64,000 bases of DNA from an uncultured Acidimicrobiales bacterium (GCA_963763885.1 CAVXQD010000007.1:495919-559918); one strand, 5' to 3'. Counted from the first letter of the stretch, positions 18,850 through 27,907 are shown. The notes: generated from the sequence alone by a model not told the origin. Numbers and translations: made by a program.

Positions 18850-19592
18850 CCACACCGTGCCCTAACGGTCACCGCTCAACCGATCCGGAGTGGTGCGACA
18901 CTTGTGGCGCACCACTCGGCACTCCGCCAGCCGGGTCAGGGTCCGGCTCCGCGCCTTCAGCTCCGCCCAGCTCGGGAGTCTCCTCGGGGGCAGGAAAGCC
19001 GGGCGCAACGATCAACTGCCCCTCGTGCGGTGACCCAAACGCAGAGTCCAACTTGTTCTGTGAATCTTGCGGGCTGGACTTTGTGACCGGGCAGGTTCCA
19101 ACCCCGCCACCTGCTGCTGCGCCACATCCGGTGCTGCCAGCCGCAGCCCCGGCCGTTGTGACGCCGCCGGTCGACCCGGGAACAGACCTTGGTTGGACCG
19201 TCACGCTCGCTGTTGACCCCGAGTGGTTCGCAGCCAAAGGTGAAGGAATCGGAATCCCGCCAAGCAGGGCAGAACGCGTGCAGGAACTGCGTCACTCGCC
19301 GTTGGTCATCGGGCGCACTCGTTCCGCTGGTGCAAGCCCCGGGATCGTGATCGACGATGACCACGGAATCTCACGTCGCCACGCCGAGGTCACTCACGAC
19401 CCGGCTACGGATTCGTGGAACATCACCGACCTCGGATCAACCAACGGCACGTTTGTGGTGGCTGCCGGCACGGCGCTTTCCGCTTCGCTTTCGCCCATCA
19501 CGCCCAACACGCCGACGCCCTTGTCTGAGTCAGACCGTGTGTTCGTTGGCGCATGGACCCAAGTCACCTTTGCCCGCACGGTCACGCCCTGA
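18846..19592 (+). CDS. FHA domain protein with N-terminal double zinc ribbon and Pro-rich linker
   Basis: CPNGH...WCDTCG and CPSCGD...FCESCG; FHA core LVIGR...GISRRHAEV...ITDLGSTNGTFV. ATGA overlap with the vWA gene. Confidence 0.85.
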   Translation: MTTPCPNGHRSTDPEWCDTCGAPLGTPPAGSGSGSAPSAPPSSGVSSGAGKPGATINCPSCGDPNAESNLFCESCGLDFVTGQVPTPPPAAAPHPVLPAAAPAVVTPPVDPGTDLGWTVTLAVDPEWFAAKGEGIGIPPSRAERVQELRHSPLVIGRTRSAGASPGIVIDDDHGISRRHAEVTHDPATDSWNITDLGSTNGTFVVAAGTALSASLSPITPNTPTPLSESDRVFVGAWTQVTFARTVTP

Positions 19593-19599
19593 CTCTCGC

Positions 19600-19725
19600 C
19601 GCCTCACCTTCAGCTGGTACGCGGTCGCTCTTGCTGAAGGACTTCGCTGCACCCTGCTCACCGCAGACGCAAGACTTGCCCGGTCTCCAGCAATCTCATG
19701 TCAGGTGGAAGTTCTGACCCTGTAG
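19600..19725 (+). pseudogene. C-terminal remnant of a PIN-domain (VapC-type) toxin
   Basis: SWYAVALAEGLRCTLLTADARLARSPAISCQVEVLTL* matches the usual VapC C-terminus (..ALAE..g..LLT.D.RLA......V.V). No N-terminal PIN part and no antitoxin gene are present. Confidence 0.5.
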
Positions 19726-19775
19726 AAGGTACTAAGCGTTCATTGCGGACCAGCGTTGGGCCGCCATCGGGGCGG

Positions 19776-20927
19776 TCAGGCCAACCAACGGAGCCAGGTT
19801 CCGTGGCCGTGGGTGGTTCCCAGCCAGCGAGCGGATGATCCGGTGCTGGTGTAGTCCACGGCCACAATTGGGCAACCCAGCTCGGATCTGTCCGTACGAG
19901 ATTCTGGCGGAAACGGAAGTTCGCGCGCATAAAACGGATGCTCCATGAACACCCACGTGAGCGGGCGAGATGCGCCCAGCTTGGCAAGCGTCTCATCAAA
20001 CGCAACCCGCCTCTCCGCCGGCAGATACGTCATCACCCACGTGGTGACAATCACCGGGTGAACACCAGCAGGCACCTCAGCGATCAGGGCAGTGATGGCG
20101 TCGACTGCATCACCTTGGCGAATGTCCACGGGAACAGAACGAGCCAGTTCCAGGGCATCCGCGAGACGGGCGCACCGGACCGGTTCGTCGGGCCACACCA
20201 GCGCCTGCAGCCAGCGCGATTGGAACTCGTCATGAACGTCAAGCGGGTTGAGGTCCAACCCAGCACGATGAGCCACCTGCAACCGGTGCATTGCCTCAAC
20301 GGGAAGGTTCGCAGGCGAATCGGTCATGTCGCAGACCACGCGAACGGGCGAAGTAGCGCTGCCCATCGTTCGGTCACCGGCGGCCATTTCGTATGTGTAC
20401 GAATAATGGTCGAACCGGAGGTTGAGGCCCGCGCTTGTTCCGACATCGATCATTGCCAACGGCGAACCAACTCGATGGCTTACATCGGCCAACGCCGCGA
20501 ACAGCACGGCAGAACGGCCCGGCTCGTTTGTCTGTGTGGACCCCGCCTCGATGAGCGCTTGCAATTCTTGACTTCGCTCCCCGATGAAATTGGCGAGGGC
20601 GTCGGCCAGTGCTGGGTCGTCGGGCGACTGTGTCCCGCCAACCGTTGGGAACCATGCCGCCAAAGGGTCCGCCGGGTCACGCAGGAGCGATGCATGGATC
20701 GCCGCCAAGAGCAGGTTGGGGCGGCGCTGCATTTTGGTGGCTTTGGCCAACAGAACGATCGCCTCAGGGGTCTCGGCCAACAGCGGACACAGCGCTGTGT
20801 AGAGCGGCGAGGACTTGCATTCCTCAACGAACGATCGCAACAGCGTGCGCAGCCGCTCGTTGGTGTCGGCCGTGTAGTGCGTGGTTGCGTGGGAGCCGGT
20901 TGCGGTTTCGTTCGAAGGCGTCATCAC
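19776..20927 (-). CDS. DUF2332 family protein
   Basis: 383-aa ORF. From memory, the N-terminal ...LRSFVEECKSSPLYTALCPLLAETPEA...RRPNLLLAAIH pattern is typical of DUF2332. Confidence 0.65.
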   Translation of the reverse strand: MMTPSNETATGSHATTHYTADTNERLRTLLRSFVEECKSSPLYTALCPLLAETPEAIVLLAKATKMQRRPNLLLAAIHASLLRDPADPLAAWFPTVGGTQSPDDPALADALANFIGERSQELQALIEAGSTQTNEPGRSAVLFAALADVSHRVGSPLAMIDVGTSAGLNLRFDHYSYTYEMAAGDRTMGSATSPVRVVCDMTDSPANLPVEAMHRLQVAHRAGLDLNPLDVHDEFQSRWLQALVWPDEPVRCARLADALELARSVPVDIRQGDAVDAITALIAEVPAGVHPVIVTTWVMTYLPAERRVAFDETLAKLGASRPLTWVFMEHPFYARELPFPPESRTDRSELGCPIVAVDYTSTGSSARWLGTTHGHGTWLRWLA

Positions 20928-20992
20928 GACACAGCGTGCGACCAGCGACGAGCTGCCGCAAGGTTGCTTTCAGTCAACCCTGAGCTTCGTCA

Positions 20993-21024
20993 AAGGAATC
21001 AAGGAATCAAGGAATCAAGGAATC
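20993..21024. repeat. 8-bp tandem repeat x4 (aaggaatc)
   Basis: Perfect four copies between the DUF2332 start and the sufC1 stop, overlapping the sufC1 stop codon. Confidence 0.9.
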
Positions 21025-21772
21025 AAGCGGCACGGAAGGCGTCGTAGCCGTCGGCTTCGAGCTGCTTGGCCAACTCGGGACCGCCCGAGGCGACGATGCG
21101 ACCATCGACCATGACGTGCACGAAGTCAGGGGTGAGGTAATCCAACAGACGTTGGTAGTGAGTGATGAGCAACACGCCCATCTCTGGCCGGTCACGGCGA
21201 ACTTCTTGGACGCCCTTGGCGACGACGCGCAACGCATCGATATCCAAGCCGGAGTCTGTTTCGTCGAGGATGGCAAACTCTGGCTCGAGGATGGCCATCT
21301 GCAAGATCTCGTTGCGCTTCTTCTCGCCACCGGAGAAACCCTCGTTCAGGTAACGGTCTGCGAATGCAGGGTCCATCTCCAGACGCGCCATCCATTCGCG
21401 GATGTTGAGGCGCAGTTCCAGCACGGAAAGGTCGATGCCCTTGCGGGCCGAGAGCGCCCGGCGGAGGAAGTTAATAACAGTCACACCGGGAATCTCTTCG
21501 GGGTACTGAAACGCCAGGAAGATGCCGGCCTTGGCCCGCTCGTCTGTTTCCCATGCCGTGATGTCTGTGCCGTTAAAACGGACGGCACCGGACTGGATGA
21601 GGTACTCCTCGTTGCCCATCAGGGCGTTGGCCAAGGTGGACTTGCCAGACCCGTTGGGCCCCATGATGGCGTGAACCTCGCCTTTGCCCACCGTGATGGA
21701 CAAGCCCTTCAGGATGTTCTGGGCTTCCACGCTGACGTGGAGATCTTCGACCTGAAACAGCGGCTCGCTCAC
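21023..21772 (-). CDS. sufC: Fe-S cluster assembly ATPase SufC (copy 1)
   Basis: GTG start at 21772 (VSEPLFQVEDLHV). Walker A GPNGSGKST, signature SGGEKKR, Walker B ILDETDSGLD, H-loop ITHY. Confidence 0.85.
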   Translation of the reverse strand: MSEPLFQVEDLHVSVEAQNILKGLSITVGKGEVHAIMGPNGSGKSTLANALMGNEEYLIQSGAVRFNGTDITAWETDERAKAGIFLAFQYPEEIPGVTVINFLRRALSARKGIDLSVLELRLNIREWMARLEMDPAFADRYLNEGFSGGEKKRNEILQMAILEPEFAILDETDSGLDIDALRVVAKGVQEVRRDRPEMGVLLITHYQRLLDYLTPDFVHVMVDGRIVASGGPELAKQLEADGYDAFRAA

Positions 21773-21792
21773 CCGAACAGTGTACCGACCTA

Positions 21793-21851
21793 TTTCCCCT
21801 ACCTCCGTAGGTGAAAGGTGGCTCCCCAAATACTTTCCCCTACGCTGGTAG
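21793..21851. promoter_or_regulatory. two copies of TTTCCCCTAC-N4-GTAG (internal CCTAC/GTAGG dyad) in the sufC1 / sufS divergent region
   Basis: 21793-21811 tttcccctacctccgtagg and 21834-21851 tttcccctacgctggtag, 41 bp apart; candidate operator pair. Confidence 0.35.
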
Positions 21852-21872
21852 TAGAAACTCCGAGCCGGTAGA

Positions 21873-23147
21873 GTGTGGCCTGTGACGAGCCCGACCATTC
21901 CGCAGACGGCCACCTGCGGCTTCGTGCCGTCCTTGGTGAAGCAGGACTTCCCCATTTTTGATCGGCAGATCAACGGGAAGCGCATTGTGTATCTGGATTC
22001 GGCCAACTCCACCCAGAAACCGCGCCAGGTCATCAATGCCATGACGCACTTCCTGGAGCATGACTATGCGCCAATCAACAGATCGTCGTATCGCTTGGCG
22101 GCCGACGCAACCGAAGCTGTTGAAGGCGCACGCTCCAAGATCGCCAACTTCATCGGGGCTCGGCGTCCGCACGAAGTCATCTTCACCAAGAACGCCACCG
22201 AGGCACTCAACCTGATTGCGCACTCCTGGGGCAGGGCCAACATGGCCACATCTGATGCCATCCTGCTCACCCACATGGAACACCACGCAAACGTGGTGCC
22301 GTGGCAGATGCTGCAGGCGGAACGCGGGATCGAAATCCGTTGGGTTCCACTCACCGAAGACGGGCGACTGGACCTCACCAATCTCGACGCGTTGCTTGAC
22401 GGTGTGAAGGCGTTCAGCTTCACGGCCATGTCCAACGTGCTTGGCACCGTGAACCCCGTTGCGGAACTCACTGCGGCAGCGCACCGCCATGGCGCCGTCG
22501 CCATCGTTGACGCTTGCCAGTCCGTTCCGCACAACACCACCAACGTGCAAGACATGGGCGCAGATCTCATTGCGTTCTCTTCACACAAGATGTGCGGCCC
22601 CACCGGCCTCGGCATTCTGTGGGGCAAAGAGGCGCTTCTCGATGCCATGCCTCCGTTCCTTGGCGGCGGGTCCATGATCACCGACGTGCGCCTGGATGGG
22701 TTCACCGCTGCGCCATTGCCAGACAAGTTTGAAGCCGGCACGCAGCCAACCACCGAAGCCGTTGGGCTTGGTGCGGCCATTGACTACCTCAGCGCGCTCG
22801 GCATGGACAGCATCCGCCGCCACGAGAAGGCGCTCATCACCTACGCAATTGATTCGCTGACGGAGCGGTTCGGATCCGATCTCACCATCCACGGCCCGCA
22901 CGACTCTGACGCTCGCGGGGCCGTGATGTCGTTTGCCTACCGCAACGTTCACCCACACGACCTCAGCCAGGTACTGGACGAATCCAATGTGTACGTACGA
23001 GCTGGGCATCACTGCGCCAAGCCGCTCATGCGCACCCTGGGTACGGGTGCCACGGCCCGAGCCAGCTTCTACATTTATAACGACGAAGCTGATGTCGACG
23101 CGTTGGGCGATGCACTTGCCCACGTCGGCGACGTGTTCACGTTCTGA
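21873..23147 (+). CDS. sufS: cysteine desulfurase SufS
   Basis: 424-aa class V aminotransferase: ...FPIFDRQINGKRIVYLDSANSTQKP..., SSHKMCGPTG (PLP Lys), RAGHHCA (active-site Cys loop). Confidence 0.9.
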   Translation: MWPVTSPTIPQTATCGFVPSLVKQDFPIFDRQINGKRIVYLDSANSTQKPRQVINAMTHFLEHDYAPINRSSYRLAADATEAVEGARSKIANFIGARRPHEVIFTKNATEALNLIAHSWGRANMATSDAILLTHMEHHANVVPWQMLQAERGIEIRWVPLTEDGRLDLTNLDALLDGVKAFSFTAMSNVLGTVNPVAELTAAAHRHGAVAIVDACQSVPHNTTNVQDMGADLIAFSSHKMCGPTGLGILWGKEALLDAMPPFLGGGSMITDVRLDGFTAAPLPDKFEAGTQPTTEAVGLGAAIDYLSALGMDSIRRHEKALITYAIDSLTERFGSDLTIHGPHDSDARGAVMSFAYRNVHPHDLSQVLDESNVYVRAGHHCAKPLMRTLGTGATARASFYIYNDEADVDALGDALAHVGDVFTF

Positions 23148-23152
23148 TCCAC

Positions 23153-23209
23153 CTCAACCCCCGCCTCAAACCCCGCCTCAAACCCCGCCTCAAACCCCGC
23201 CTCAACCCA
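23153..23209. repeat. 12-bp tandem repeat x about 4.75 (cctcaaaccccg)
   Basis: Fills most of the sufS-sufU intergenic spacer. Confidence 0.9.
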
Positions 23210-23222
23210 AGGACTAGACGAG

Positions 23223-23741
23223 ATGCCCGGCCTCGAAGACCTATACCGAGAGATCATCCTCGATCACTACAACCGTCCGCGCAACAAGGGCGAGCTACCA
23301 CCACCTGCGCATCGCACCGATGGCATGAACCCCTTGTGCGGCGACGAGATTGCGGTGTACCTGGTGGTTGACGGCAACACCGAAGACGCAATCGTTACCG
23401 ACATCTCTATCGGCGGTCAGGGCTGTTCCATCAGCCAGGCTTCGGCCTCCATGATGACCACCGCCGTCAAGGGCAAAAAGGTCAGCGAGGCTCGCGAAAT
23501 CATCACCGCGTTCAAGTCGATGATGGGCATCCAAGACGCTGCACACGGCGCGGCGGCCGAAACTGGAATCGACGACTCGGCGCACGATCACGACCACGAC
23601 GATGCAGCGGAATCACCTGCCGTCAAACTTGGCGATCTCGAAGCGCTCCGCGGCGTGGTGAAGTTCCCCGTGCGAATCAAGTGCGCAACCCTGGCATGGA
23701 ACACCATGGGCCAAGGGCTCGACGAACTCGCTGGCGCATAA
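23223..23741 (+). CDS. sufU: SUF-system NifU-like scaffold/sulfur acceptor SufU
   Basis: LYREIILDHYNRPRN...NPLCGDEI...GQGCSISQASASMM...RIKCATLAW. Confidence 0.9.
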   Translation: MPGLEDLYREIILDHYNRPRNKGELPPPAHRTDGMNPLCGDEIAVYLVVDGNTEDAIVTDISIGGQGCSISQASASMMTTAVKGKKVSEAREIITAFKSMMGIQDAAHGAAAETGIDDSAHDHDHDDAAESPAVKLGDLEALRGVVKFPVRIKCATLAWNTMGQGLDELAGA

Positions 23742-23763
23742 GCCAGCCTCGTAGACCAGCCAC

Positions 23764-24354
23764 GTGCCGGACTTTCTCCTCATCCGCCATGGAGAGAGCG
23801 TGTTCAACACGCACTCCATACTCAACGGCGATCCGTCTATCAGCAACCCGCTTTCCGCGCATGGTCGCGAGCAGTGTGCGTCGTTGGCGTCCGTCGTGGG
23901 TTCCATGCAATGGAACTCGGCTTGGACCACCCGGTTTCCACGAACGAAAGAGTCGCTCTCCCTGATTGCACCCGCGTGGTCTGGCCCGGCCCAAGAAATT
24001 GAACTGCTCGACGATCTCAAAGTCGGTGCCTTCGAGGGGAAACACATCGAAGAGTTCCGCTCATGGCGCCGAGCAAACGGTCCTGGCGTCGCTCCACCCG
24101 ATGGCGAATCTCTCGTGCAGGCCGTAGAACGATATGCACACGGATTAAAATTCCTGTTGGAGCACGCACCTCGCCCCGCCCTTGTGGTGCTGCACGACCA
24201 GCCAATTCGCTACGTCATGAACGCACAGGCCGGAGACGATCCGTTCACCGGCGCGCTCCGCAAGGTACCCAACGCAATTCCGTATCCGTTCAGCGAAGCA
24301 GCGCTTGCCCTTGCAGCGGAAAGGCTCGATCTGCGCGGTGACCGTGCCGAGTAG
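23764..24354 (+). CDS. histidine phosphatase (phosphoglycerate mutase-like) family protein
   Basis: N-terminal LLIRHGES motif; GTG start. Confidence 0.8.
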   Translation: MPDFLLIRHGESVFNTHSILNGDPSISNPLSAHGREQCASLASVVGSMQWNSAWTTRFPRTKESLSLIAPAWSGPAQEIELLDDLKVGAFEGKHIEEFRSWRRANGPGVAPPDGESLVQAVERYAHGLKFLLEHAPRPALVVLHDQPIRYVMNAQAGDDPFTGALRKVPNAIPYPFSEAALALAAERLDLRGDRAE

Positions 24355-25600
24355 CGCACAAACCTTCACGTCGGGACGCTTCCGCAGTCCAACGCTGCGT
24401 CCACTACGTCAGCGCGACTTTCGCACCATTTGGATGGGCGCCCTCGTTTCCAACGTTGGTACCTGGATGGAAACCACGGCGCTGAGCACTCTGGTCGCAC
24501 GCGAAACAAAGTCGGCCACACAGGTGGCGTTCACCGCCATCGCGGGTTTCCTGCCCAGCGCGTTTGCATCACCCATCGGCGGGGCGCTTGCCGACCGTTT
24601 CGACCGACGCCGTTTTCTCCAAGTCACGCTGCTGTTGGAAACGCTGTTCGCCGGGCTACTTGCTGTGGTGGTTGCGCTGGGCGAGCGACGCACTGCACCG
24701 CTTGCAGCAATCATCTTCATGGCTTCCACGGTGAACGCCGCAGCACTGCCCAACCGCCAAGCGATACTGCCGTCGTTGGTGGACCGCGAGGACTTGCCGG
24801 CCGCCATCTCGTTGGGTTCTGCCACTTGGAACGGGGGCCGGGTGTTCGGTCCCATGCTTGCGTTGTTGGCAGACACCATCGGGCCAGCGTGGGCGTTCAC
24901 AGCCAACGCTGTCAGCTTCTTGGTGCTGCTGGCTGCCTGGATGACCGTCACGCTGCCGCCGGTTGACAAACCGACTGGAGACCGCCTTGGTCTTGTTGCG
25001 CTACTGCGCGAGGGCCTGCGTCACATCGGCCGCACCAAAGACCTCCGCTTCGCCATCGTGTTCATCGCTGTGCTCGCTGGAACCGCTGGCCCGTTCATTG
25101 GTCTCCTCGCAATCATGGCGCGCGTCAGGTTTGGGATTGGGGCGGCGCTATTTGTCACGGCACAAGGTCTTGGTGCCGTGATCGGTGCGCTGGCAACCAC
25201 CAAGCTCAGCAGCCGATACGGGCGTAGAGGCACCATGTTCAGAGCGGTGCTCACGTTGCCGCCAGCGCTGTTGCTGTACGCATTTGCACCGCACCGATTC
25301 GTTGCGGCCATCGCCGTGATGGTCCTTGGCGGTGGCTACATGGCTGCGTTCGCTTGCGCTCAGAGCGTGTTGCAGCTTGGGTGCCCACCAGAGATTCGGG
25401 CGCGGGTGCTTGCGGTGTTCAGCGTTTCATTGAGCGCCGCGTACTGCACCGCCCTGTTGGTCAGCGGACCCATTGCAGATGCACGCAACATCCAGTGGGC
25501 CACGGTTTTCCAGGCCGCTCTGACCATCGCAGGGGTCGGACTGCTCGCCGTGGTGTTCCCCCGATGGTGGCGCGACCCTGCGGATTCGCCTGCCGACTGA
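24338..25600 (+). CDS. MFS transporter
   Basis: About 12 hydrophobic segments. FRTIWMGALVSNVGTWM and GGALADRFDRRR are typical of the MFS_3/EntS-like group. Start is uncertain (GTG 24338 chosen). Confidence 0.75.
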   Translation: MTVPSSAQTFTSGRFRSPTLRPLRQRDFRTIWMGALVSNVGTWMETTALSTLVARETKSATQVAFTAIAGFLPSAFASPIGGALADRFDRRRFLQVTLLLETLFAGLLAVVVALGERRTAPLAAIIFMASTVNAAALPNRQAILPSLVDREDLPAAISLGSATWNGGRVFGPMLALLADTIGPAWAFTANAVSFLVLLAAWMTVTLPPVDKPTGDRLGLVALLREGLRHIGRTKDLRFAIVFIAVLAGTAGPFIGLLAIMARVRFGIGAALFVTAQGLGAVIGALATTKLSSRYGRRGTMFRAVLTLPPALLLYAFAPHRFVAAIAVMVLGGGYMAAFACAQSVLQLGCPPEIRARVLAVFSVSLSAAYCTALLVSGPIADARNIQWATVFQAALTIAGVGLLAVVFPRWWRDPADSPAD

Positions 25601-25680
25601 ACGACGATCAGGCAACCCCTCATTTGGACAAGGGAACCGAACCGATCCGTCAACCGTCAGAATCGTGGCTGGGACCGCAC

Positions 25681-27795
25681 ATGGGCAGCCGCTTCATCAA
25701 CGCTGGGGAGACACCGATGGAACTCGAACCAAACATTCGCCCGAACATTCGCCCAATGACCGGGTCGGACGTCGGGTCAATCACCGGGTCAGACGCCGGT
25801 CGAACGCGAAAGCGACGATTGCGTTTTGTCGGGCTCGGTCTCGCCGCAGCGACCGCGGTCGGGTTTGCAGTTCCCGCTCTGGGCGCACCCGCCGTGGCCG
25901 CATCTGGGTACCGCACGTTTGGCTCGTGCGACAAGTTCCTTGCCTACATTCGCCCGATCGCGCTGCAGCAGGTGGGTCCATACGGGTTCAACGGCGGCGA
26001 CATCCTGGCGAGGGAGGGCGGACCCGTGCCCGTCACCGAAGCCGCTGCCGCTGCACCCACGAAAAAGGCCACCAGCGAGGCCGCCGCTTCCGGCGGAACG
26101 TCGGCCACCAACACACAAGAGGCCGGTGTCGATGAGGGTGACCTCGTCGAAACCGACGGGCGATATGTGTACACAGCAATTGGCACCCGCCTCACGGTCA
26201 GCGACACGCAAACCGGCAAGCTGGTTGGCAGCATCGCCCTTCCCCAGGGCGGTGGCGGCGCAGAACTGATCCTCGATGGCGCACGCCTTGCCGTCGTCTC
26301 TGGTTTGTACACGGCAATCGGTGGGGAAACCGTCGTCACCGTCTACGACGTTTCCAATCCTGCAGCGCTTCGCGTCATTCACACCACCCACCTCGAAGGG
26401 CAGGTCACCGCAACCCGGTCGGTGGATCATCGCCTCCGCATCGTGCTCAGCACCAGCTTTGGGCAACGAGTTGCGCAACGCTTCCCAAACCCTGGCCCGC
26501 TCAACGATCAGGCAGCGGTAAAGCGGGCCACCGAGGCGAACAAAAAGATCATCCGCACGGCTCCGGCGTCGGAATGGCTGCCACGCCGTTTTGTGGAGGG
26601 GGCCAACGGATCTCAGGGTCCCATCGAGACGGCGCTTCCCTGCAGCCAGGTCGGCCGCCCAGCGGATTCCTCGGGCCTAGGCCTCACGTGGGTCGCTACC
26701 GTTGACCTCGATCGACCCGGCGCCACACCGGTCGTGCGCGGTGGTGCAGGCGTCATTGCCAACGCAGGCACCACGTACGCCTCACCAGACACCTTGTACG
26801 TTGCGACCCAGCAGTGGAGTCCAACGGTCCGGCGTACCCCATCGTCTGTCACCACCGAGGTGCACACGTTCGATCTGCGAGTAGCTGACGGCGCACGTTG
26901 GATTGCCAGCGGACGGTTCACCGGTTCCATCCTCAATCAGTTCTCGTTCAGCGAACACGACGGAGCGCTTCGGGTGGCATCCACACGCTTCAACGGAGGG
27001 TTCGGCGGCACACAGGTCTCTGGTGTGCAGGTACTCATGCTGGACAGCGCAGACCGCAGGAAACTGAAGGTCGTGGGCGAAGTGTGGGGACTCGGCACCA
27101 ACGAACAGATCTACGCAGTCCGGTTCGTCGGACCCATTGGCTACGTGGTCACGTTCCGCCAGGTCGACCCGCTGTACGTCCTTGATCTCACGGACCGGCT
27201 GCGGCCACGTGTCGCCGGGGAATTGAAGATCCCGGGATACTCTGCGTACTTACATCCAATCGGCGACGGTTTGCTGCTCGGCATCGGCCAGGACGCAACC
27301 GAACAGGGCAGGCGAACCGGGGCACAGGTTTCGTTGTTCGACGTTAGGGACATCGGCAACCCGAAACGGTTGGCCACAGCACCAATCGGTGGGCAGTCCG
27401 CAGCGGAATACGACCACAAAGCGTTCCTGTGGTGGCCCTCCACGCGTGACGTGTTCTTGCCCAGTGCGACCTATGACCAACGCAACGGGTTCCCCACGTT
27501 TGGGGTCCACGTGGTTCGTGTCGGCGACCGCGCCGCAGCTTCGCTGACGGCGCGCGGCGTTGTCGGCCACGATGCAAAAGCTTCGAAACAACCACCGGTG
27601 ACAACCATGCCCCAGCCGTTGGTCCCCTCCCCCGACGGCATCCCGGCGGTGATCAGTCCACCGTTTATCCAACCGCAACCAGTCCTGCGCACACTCATTG
27701 TGTCCGGGAAAGTGGTCACCGTTTCGGGCGTCGGCCTGATGGTCAGCGACCTCAACACGCTTGGCGAGCAGGCTTGGGTTCCGTTCCCCCAGTGA
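25681..27795 (+). CDS. secreted beta-propeller domain protein
   Basis: Start at ATG 25681; the upstream part of ORF 25354.. overlaps the MFS gene out of frame. Signal/TM segment LRFVGLGLAAATAVGFAVPALGA. The later ...IPGYSAYLHPIGDGLLLGIGQD... block matches, from memory, the Beta_propel family. Confidence 0.6.
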   Translation: MGSRFINAGETPMELEPNIRPNIRPMTGSDVGSITGSDAGRTRKRRLRFVGLGLAAATAVGFAVPALGAPAVAASGYRTFGSCDKFLAYIRPIALQQVGPYGFNGGDILAREGGPVPVTEAAAAAPTKKATSEAAASGGTSATNTQEAGVDEGDLVETDGRYVYTAIGTRLTVSDTQTGKLVGSIALPQGGGGAELILDGARLAVVSGLYTAIGGETVVTVYDVSNPAALRVIHTTHLEGQVTATRSVDHRLRIVLSTSFGQRVAQRFPNPGPLNDQAAVKRATEANKKIIRTAPASEWLPRRFVEGANGSQGPIETALPCSQVGRPADSSGLGLTWVATVDLDRPGATPVVRGGAGVIANAGTTYASPDTLYVATQQWSPTVRRTPSSVTTEVHTFDLRVADGARWIASGRFTGSILNQFSFSEHDGALRVASTRFNGGFGGTQVSGVQVLMLDSADRRKLKVVGEVWGLGTNEQIYAVRFVGPIGYVVTFRQVDPLYVLDLTDRLRPRVAGELKIPGYSAYLHPIGDGLLLGIGQDATEQGRRTGAQVSLFDVRDIGNPKRLATAPIGGQSAAEYDHKAFLWWPSTRDVFLPSATYDQRNGFPTFGVHVVRVGDRAAASLTARGVVGHDAKASKQPPVTTMPQPLVPSPDGIPAVISPPFIQPQPVLRTLIVSGKVVTVSGVGLMVSDLNTLGEQAWVPFPQ

Positions 27796-27907
27796 GCTCC
27801 CATTCTCCGAGCCGAACTGGTGCACAAACTCCTCAGCAGAGGGATTTTTCGCACCATTTCCGGCAGGGCGCGGCTGAACCGAGGTCAACCCATCGGACAC
27901 TCTTGCT

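Noticed and set aside
25354-25680. N-terminal 109 codons of ORF 25354..27795
   Set aside because: They overlap the 3' end of the MFS gene in another frame and are Arg-rich nonsense. A proper start with a signal/TM segment follows at ATG 25681.
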